Source of the DNA: Aplysia californica
Taxonomy: Eukaryota
Assembly (NCBI RefSeq): GCF_000002075.1
Contig: NW_004797466.1
Coordinates: forward strand, 146,231 to 202,176
Direction: 5' to 3'
Length of the DNA: 55,946 bases
Of this stretch, positions 51,551-55,946 are shown in pieces. Numbering within the stretch: position 1 is the first letter of the stretch; every line of letters starts with the position of its first letter. The notes beneath the pieces were generated by a model. It ran no database searches, was not told where the DNA came from, and saw only the letters and a list, made by a program, of their open reading frames with translations. Both the position numbers and the translations under genes were made by a program.

Positions 51551-52297
51551 GGGAGGAATTCTGTAACGAGCGACCACTATGAAAATGAAATACAGTATAG
51601 AAGAATAGAGTGTTAGGGTAGAGGCTAAGGTTAAGGCAGTAGGGTTTGGGTTGGGTTAGGGCTAGGGTGGTGGGTGATCTTGTAGTTCCATTCGTTAAAG
51701 TCCACGATCCATTTGTTTACATCCAGAGAAGAAATCCAGAAGTCTTGATGACCAAATACTATTTGAAATAGGCTACACAAAGAGCAGGGATGCAAACTAA
51801 TAGCAAAACATCAAATTAGGATTTATAATTCAGGGGGGCATGCCCTTGCCCTTATTAGGTCAGGTCCCTCTGAAACCCCCTACTCTTGAATTTAATACGG
51901 GGTGCCCACTACGGCTGGGATCGGCTCAAAAACAAACATGTTTGTTTTCAGTTTCAGGCGATCAAGTCGGGCGATCTGCCCGATCCAGCTGTAGTGGGGA
52001 CCCCGTATAACGAACGAAACTACAACATACAACAACGTTTATTTTATCATGTCATAAAGTAATATTCTTATTATCTCGTGTAGGAGGTATTCTACCAAGT
52101 AAATCATTGAAAATGTGAGACGTTCAATCACAGACTGACAGTTTAGATCTCATTATTACAACCAACCAAAGGCCAAAGAAGAAGGACTTCAACGACAACG
52201 AGCGACCACCCCATCAAACACAATAAAGAAGAGGCCTAACCCTAACCCCTCAATTCTGCTCTGTCTCATAGTGATCGCTCGTTACGGAAGTCCTCCC
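51551..52297. mobile_element. Non-autonomous element with ~32-bp TIRs and telomere-like (TTAGGG/CCCTAA) subterminal repeats; contains the palindromic MITE at 51896-52008
   Basis: GGGAGGAATTCTGTAACGAGCGACCACTATGA versus TCATAGTGATCGCTCGTTACGGAAGTCCTCCC. Confidence 0.7.
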
Positions 52298-52331
52298 TAA
52301 CTATGTTCTCACTCTCTTCTTTGATCTCAAA

Positions 52332-52480
52332 TTACCTGAATTTACCTGATAGTCATCCATCAGCCTTCATCATTTATAAATGGAAAACGAAACTACTTTT
52401 TGATTGAACATTAGGAGTTACCTTTCTTTGTTGTTATGGCAAAGAGAAGTGGGTTGCAATCGGGAGTCATAGATATATAT
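52332..52480 (-). other. Candidate RFESD 5' non-coding exon or promoter region with several AG|GTAA donors (52347-52342, 52337-52332, 52423-52418)
   Basis: The ATG exon has an acceptor 15 nt upstream of the ATG, so an upstream exon is needed. Consensus donors lie here, next to a CpG-containing CCGGAA region at ~52576. Confidence 0.35.
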
Positions 52481-52929
52481 ACATTTATAGAGAGATCACT
52501 AACGTCAGGGCATTTTAAAATCCCGTAGTGGTAACAACCAAGGCAGTTTATGTTATGAGACTCGCTAATGGTTGTCCGGAAAGTGTTGCTGTACCCTTGT
52601 TTATATTGTCGGCGTCGTCTTTTCTGGTGTTTTTGGACCGTTAGCCAAATAAAATTGCTATTTACTTAATTAATTATTGCATTCTTCAATTGTAGGTATC
52701 ATACTTCCGTCTTACAGAATCAATATATACCTTTTTCCCTTTTCTAACTTTACTAATATAATGGGACTATATATTTCGTCGGCCAGCTGATAACATTTCA
52801 CAAGCCAAAAATTTGTAATTTTCTTTTTTTTTAAATTGTAGCTTCTTGGCTTATGGTATTGGCTGCATATGTGTTTTTACTTAGCCCGCTTACTTAGTTG
52901 GAGAAAAGAATCGGAGAGCCTATCATTGC

Positions 52930-53925
52930 AGGCGGTAAAATGTCATAGCTGCTTACTCCCTCCTCTCCAGAAGATCAATGAAGGGATGCGGTTTGCTGAT
53001 CGTGCCAGTTATAAGCAGCTATTAGATATTTTTCTGGTTTTTCCACACAGGTTGCTGTACCTCTCCCCGGCCATCTTGAGTAACCAGCTCCCCTCAGTCT
53101 TTACATTGTGTGAGATATGGAGCCTTCATCTTTTCTGTGGTAATTGAACCATGCTGTAAGTGCTGCTATGACTGTTGGTGGACATATTATAGGCCTAATT
53201 GAATGGTGCCGCCATTCTCAACCTGGCGGGCTAGTTTATCAGCACGTTCATTGCCTCGAACTCTTCAATGACCAGGGCTGAAGATCCATACAATCTTTGT
53301 GGTGAGTCTGCTGCTTCGCATCGCCTCTCGCCAGACTGCATACATCATCATGCGCTTCTTCACTTTTTCGATGGTACTCATCGTGTCAGTGACCAGACTG
53401 ATGCCCTGTCGCCTTAAAATCCAGTTTAAGGCCTCCATCTGTGATGGCTTTCATATCCATGCACATGTTGAACGTGGTTATACTAGTTGCCCCTGTCTGC
53501 TCTCTCTGTACATGATCCCCATTAAACAGTGGCGCTGAAAGCCCATCCAGATTTGACCCCACGCTGTACTGATCCATCTGTTCACTGTTGTTCTCTATCA
53601 GCGTCTCTACCTCGGCATTGGCTGCCCCCTCTGGCCACTCACGACATTCTCTGCCTAATAGCTAAGTTTACACTACGGTACCCGAGTATGGCCAAGTGTG
53701 TCGGTGACGCTGACCCATTCGCTGCTCCTTCGGATGTCTTGCATTTTACAGTACCATATTTAACCAAAGTCGTCGCTGCCTCTTTCAACCATTCAGCCCC
53801 TCTACGTTGACGTGGGCGTAGTTATTCCCATCTTGTCATGATATGGGTGATGAGCATCGGCGATGACTCCCAAATAGGCCTACGCTTTCACCTGAGCAAT
53901 CTTGTGGCGTTCTACCATGCCTGGA
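52930..53925 (-). mobile_element. LINE (Ingi/I-group) 3' fragment with RNase H
   Basis: TDGSVQRGVKSGWAFSA...VTDTMSTIEKV...KIVWIFSPGH*RVRGNERADKLA. Confidence 0.82.
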
Positions 53926-55644
53926 CTTAGTTCAAGTTGCGTCTTACTCTTAGAGAAAGTAAAGGGACTTCTGAGACTAACCTGAACATGAAGACCTTGC
54001 GGTAAATACTATCTTTGGATCCCCTTAGTGCATAGAAAGAGCATGAAAATGAGCGCCATCGTAACATAGCGAAGATGAGCACAGGGATTACGTTTTTTTC
54101 TTCTGGCAACAGTGTGACTGATAATGGTTTGAACAGCTGTGTTCCAGTATTGGCCCGTACATGTAGGGCCTACATTATTGTATTTGTGCGATATGGTACA
54201 GGCAATACACATATCAGACTCAGACGAACAATTGCCGATTAGTCCTCAAGAGCAGGACATACTTCGGAAAACATCCATACTAACAAGGCAATATTATGTA
54301 AAACTTGTGTTGGAGTATGAAGCAGTACAGTGAAATAAAATACTGTACAATAATCCATGTAGACTAAAAAATGGTCAGAGGCCTACTTCATTATTGTCCC
54401 TTTACATGACGTAAAAAACAAGATTCATTCATAACTCTATCAATCTGTCTAAACAAATGCAAGGACATGTATGTTTAAGTGACCTAAGACCACACTACAA
54501 CATAACGTATCTACCCTTCTCTTTCTTACCCCAGTCGTCCATTCCCTGCTTTCCACGATTACTTTTCTTTAAAATAGCTTCTTTGTTTTGAGTCCAAGCG
54601 GCAGTCATTTCCCTACTTCCCTAAAAACAACAACAACTGCTTACCTACTTTTACTTGTGGAGAGGCAGTTGAGTAAAAGTTAGATTTGTCTACTGAGCTT
54701 AAATGCTTCAAACATTTAAAAAAATCATAGCAAAGAAAAAAGAAAAAAAAAGACAAAGAAAAAGGACTCTTAACGTACACTCTGTGACGCAGACATTTCC
54801 GATGAGAATAAGAGGCGGATGATATCAAGAGCCAAATCGAAAATGACGCCACGCATGAGCACATTTCGTGAGCTAACTGCGTCAGTGGCCATGGCAGCTT
54901 CCGTGAAGACTACTACTTTTCGATCAAAGTTCCTTAATGATGTCAGTACTTGCTGGCGTGGCCCAGTTGCGCTGCAGGACTGTAGGAAGCATTTTTTTTC
55001 GACATGTAGATTTATTACTTTTATGTATTACCGATGATCCAGATTTGATCAAAGCTCCCCACAGACTTTTCCAATTAAAAAAAATAAATTTTTATACTGT
55101 TTGGCATTCTTTGACTGAAGGATAATATATAATTATATGGGTAGTTGCTGTTGATGTACGTCTTGTCATGTTCTCAACGTTTTGACCCTTCAGTCGGTCA
55201 TATAATAATATGACGGAAACAGTCAAGTTACATCATCCAATCATCGTCGTAACTTGTGCTGATAAAGAATTTCTTAACACCAAAGCTAGGGCTGGACAGG
55301 TTTCCGACCCTACACGCACCGTAGGCGGTGTCATTACCGGCACCAGTCCGCTTGAACTGGTACTATTGGGAAGGTGCCACCATCTCTGAATCTGAAGCTA
55401 AACTTCCCCTCAATCTTAACACTACACAGAGGACAAACATTTTACTGGCTCCCCCGCCATGACCTTGTTTGTAGGACTCTAAAAACTTAGAAAAGCAAAG
55501 GGATTTCATAGTCTCTTTCATACTTTCACAAAAGCAATATAAGATGAAAAGATGTACTTTCACTTTCACCGGGGCAACAGACCAGACAAAAGTCAGGAAA
55601 GGTGTCCACTGTCTACAGCCTCCGCTCCTCATTGTGAAATTATA

Positions 55645-55896
55645 TAAGGACAGAAACGTGCAGTACAGGAAAACAGCTAAAGATGTCAAGAAATCAATAA
55701 GAAAAGACAAGGAGGAATTCATAAACAGACTAGCAGAGAAGGCAGAGGAAGCACTGAAGCAGCGATAGGAGGGCACATGCGAATCCTTTACCATACCACA
55801 AGGACACTTGCTGGAAAATATGGGAAACCTGAAGTACCTGTAAAGGACCAAGACGGGAAAAGCATTTTTGGAAAGGAAGCTCAGTCTAAGCGATGG
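55645..55896 (+). mobile_element. RTE-clade LINE fragment (endonuclease-RT linker)
   Basis: YRKTAKDVKKSIRKDKEEFINRLAEKAEEA...LYHTTRTLAGKYGKPEVPVKDQDGK...RW. Confidence 0.8.
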
Positions 55897-55946
55897 GGAG
55901 GTATTCTACCAAGTAAATCATTGAAAATGTGAGACGTTCAATCACA

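Noticed and set aside
52560-52720. First exon of a divergent plus-strand gene
   Set aside because: Only a CCGGAA motif and some CpGs; no supportable ORF or exon in the window.

Overview
This is animal (eukaryotic) genomic DNA with 8 N-gaps. It is probably molluscan, judging by the SINE and LINE types; that is an inference. I built three spliced protein-coding genes by hand, all with GT-AG introns and consistent phases: (1) ZRANB2, an SR-like splicing factor with two RanBP2-type zinc fingers (minus strand, 8 coding exons, 25533->8815, 321 aa, ~3.2 kb 3'UTR); (2) an intact MADF-BESS DNA-binding protein gene (plus strand, 26444-26624 + 33561-34081, 233 aa) lying head-to-head with ZRANB2, whose 6.9 kb intron holds an antisense, disabled PIF/Harbinger (HARBI1-like) transposase; (3) RFESD, a Rieske 2Fe-2S protein (minus strand, 49938->45956, 141 aa), whose start-codon exon is tandemly duplicated. 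The rest is mostly transposable elements: an internally deleted I/Nimb LINE with intact ends, tRNA SINEs and a ~170-bp headless retroposon that share that LINE's tail, a four-level Gypsy/Gypsy/pogo/SINE nest, piggyBac, hAT, Tc1 and foldback MITEs, and a perfect 15x33-bp minisatellite. Two observations stand out. ZRANB2's own binding motif (AGGUAA) is clustered at three splice-relevant points of its own pre-mRNA, including a perfect tandem site 10 nt after the stop codon, which suggests an autoregulatory splicing/NMD circuit. The MADF-BESS gene looks like a Harbinger gene being domesticated on a promoter shared with ZRANB2. No prokaryotic-type system or CRISPR array is present.
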